Below are positions 33,817 through 35,074 of a DNA stretch of 35,074 nucleotides, piece after piece. A program made the position numbers and the translations under genes. This DNA comes from Octopus bimaculoides. Lineage: Eukaryota. Below the pieces are notes generated by a model. The model searched no databases, was not told the DNA's origin, and was given only the letters and a program-made list of their open reading frames with translations. Where the stretch lies: the NCBI RefSeq assembly GCF_001194135.2, contig NC_068986.1, forward strand, positions 113,664,923 to 113,699,996, read 5' to 3'. Numbering within the stretch: the stretch's first letter is position 1; each line of letters opens with the position of its first letter.

Positions 33817-34639
33817 TATCTAAAATTTTTATACTGTTCGTACTAGGTGAGAAGTCCAGAAGAAGTCACACTTCCCATGAATGTCTTTGGTATTCTTTAG
33901 CTTCAAGAATATGTACCCCTGCATGACTTTCTACGAGTATAATGATTATTTCTCTCAATGTTTGTTTTCAAATAGAACAACCCATGCAATCTTGGTTCCC
34001 ATATTTGTGAGAAGCCCTGTTACAGTTATAAATATAGTTATAAATATCAAATAATTTAAGAAGGAAACCATTCGCAAGGATAAGCAGACATCATGTAGTT
34101 AGATTTATGATATGGAAGAGGCAGTTTGCGAGTCAGAGAATGAAAATAAAAGAGCTGTAGTTATTAGATGGATTATAAAGTCACTGATGTGTTGCAGGAC
34201 TATGCTCTCAACATAATATATCTATTTATTATTTGTTGAATGCGTTTATAAAGATGAAAGTAACTCATCTATATAGATAATATTTTTGCGGGCAAAAATT
34301 TAGGGATTCCAGGCGCTTGATTCATTCGAATTCACTTGCTCAGAATGTGTTTTATTATGAAAATATGGTCCACAAAATTTACTTCATTTATTTGTAAAAT
34401 TGAGATTTGAAATGGTAATTCCTTGGACGGATACAAAGATATTCGGTCATAAGTGTAATCCTGATACAGTATTGAAAATCGACCGGTTTATCCGTCCCTT
34501 CCGGCTGGATAATGTAATGTGTATACAGACATCGATTATACACCTGCGCAGAGAGAATCCGTCGGTTAAAATCTATCGATATATTATGTAGCATAGCCTC
34601 AGCAATAATACCGACACACACACACACATGTATATCTAC

Positions 34640-34723
34640 ATACAGACATATATACCTATTTATATATATTGTATATAATATCTATACACACTGAACATGG
34701 AGATGGAAAGAGAGGGAGTGTGA

Positions 34724-34761
<38 letters not shown>

Positions 34762-34806
34762 CACATACATATACGTGCATACATGCATGCATATGTATAT
34801 GTGTGC

Positions 34807-34855
<49 letters not shown>

Positions 34856-35024
34856 TATTTGTGTATATATACATATATATTTGTGTATATATATATATAT
34901 ATACACATATTTGTGTGTATAAATATATATACATATATTTGTGTGTATATATATATATATGTACATATACATATATATACACATTTGTATAAATGTATAT
35001 ATATATATATACACATTTGTATAA

Positions 35025-35074
<50 letters not shown>
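34640..35074. repeat. Degenerate (TA)n/(CA)n/(TG)n microsatellite field
   Basis: Directly visible. Confidence 0.95.

Noticed and set aside
34466-34495. CTGATAC agtatt GAAA atcgaccggt
   Set aside because: Two core mismatches, no stem II pairing, and no palindromic helix III in register.

Overview
Draft-quality eukaryotic DNA: AT-rich, dense in microsatellites, with 14 N-gaps totalling about 4.8 kb. The SINE and LINE repertoire points to an octopus (coleoid cephalopod) genome; this is inferred from recalled repeat families, not from a search. I found no supportable host gene exon, RNA gene or prokaryotic system. Almost all listed ORFs are translated microsatellites or gaps. The window contains tRNA-derived SINEs of about four families and two R4/Dong-type LINE remnants (RT tail, CCHC finger, restriction-like endonuclease) next to (TAA)n tracts. 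It also holds a LINE ORF1/gag remnant with a CCHC knuckle and no ORF2, a Penelope-like GIY-YIG C-terminal remnant, a Tc1/mariner transposase remnant, a Tigger-like MITE and three adjacent foldback structures. The most interesting signal is a recurring set of degenerate minimal type-I hammerhead-ribozyme-like motifs. They come from several apparently unrelated repeat families, are often in tandem pairs, often carry an extra A after the CUGANGA core, and in one or two cases have a (TA)n microsatellite inside loop II. Every motif has core mutations, so none is claimed to be active. All alignments were done by eye.
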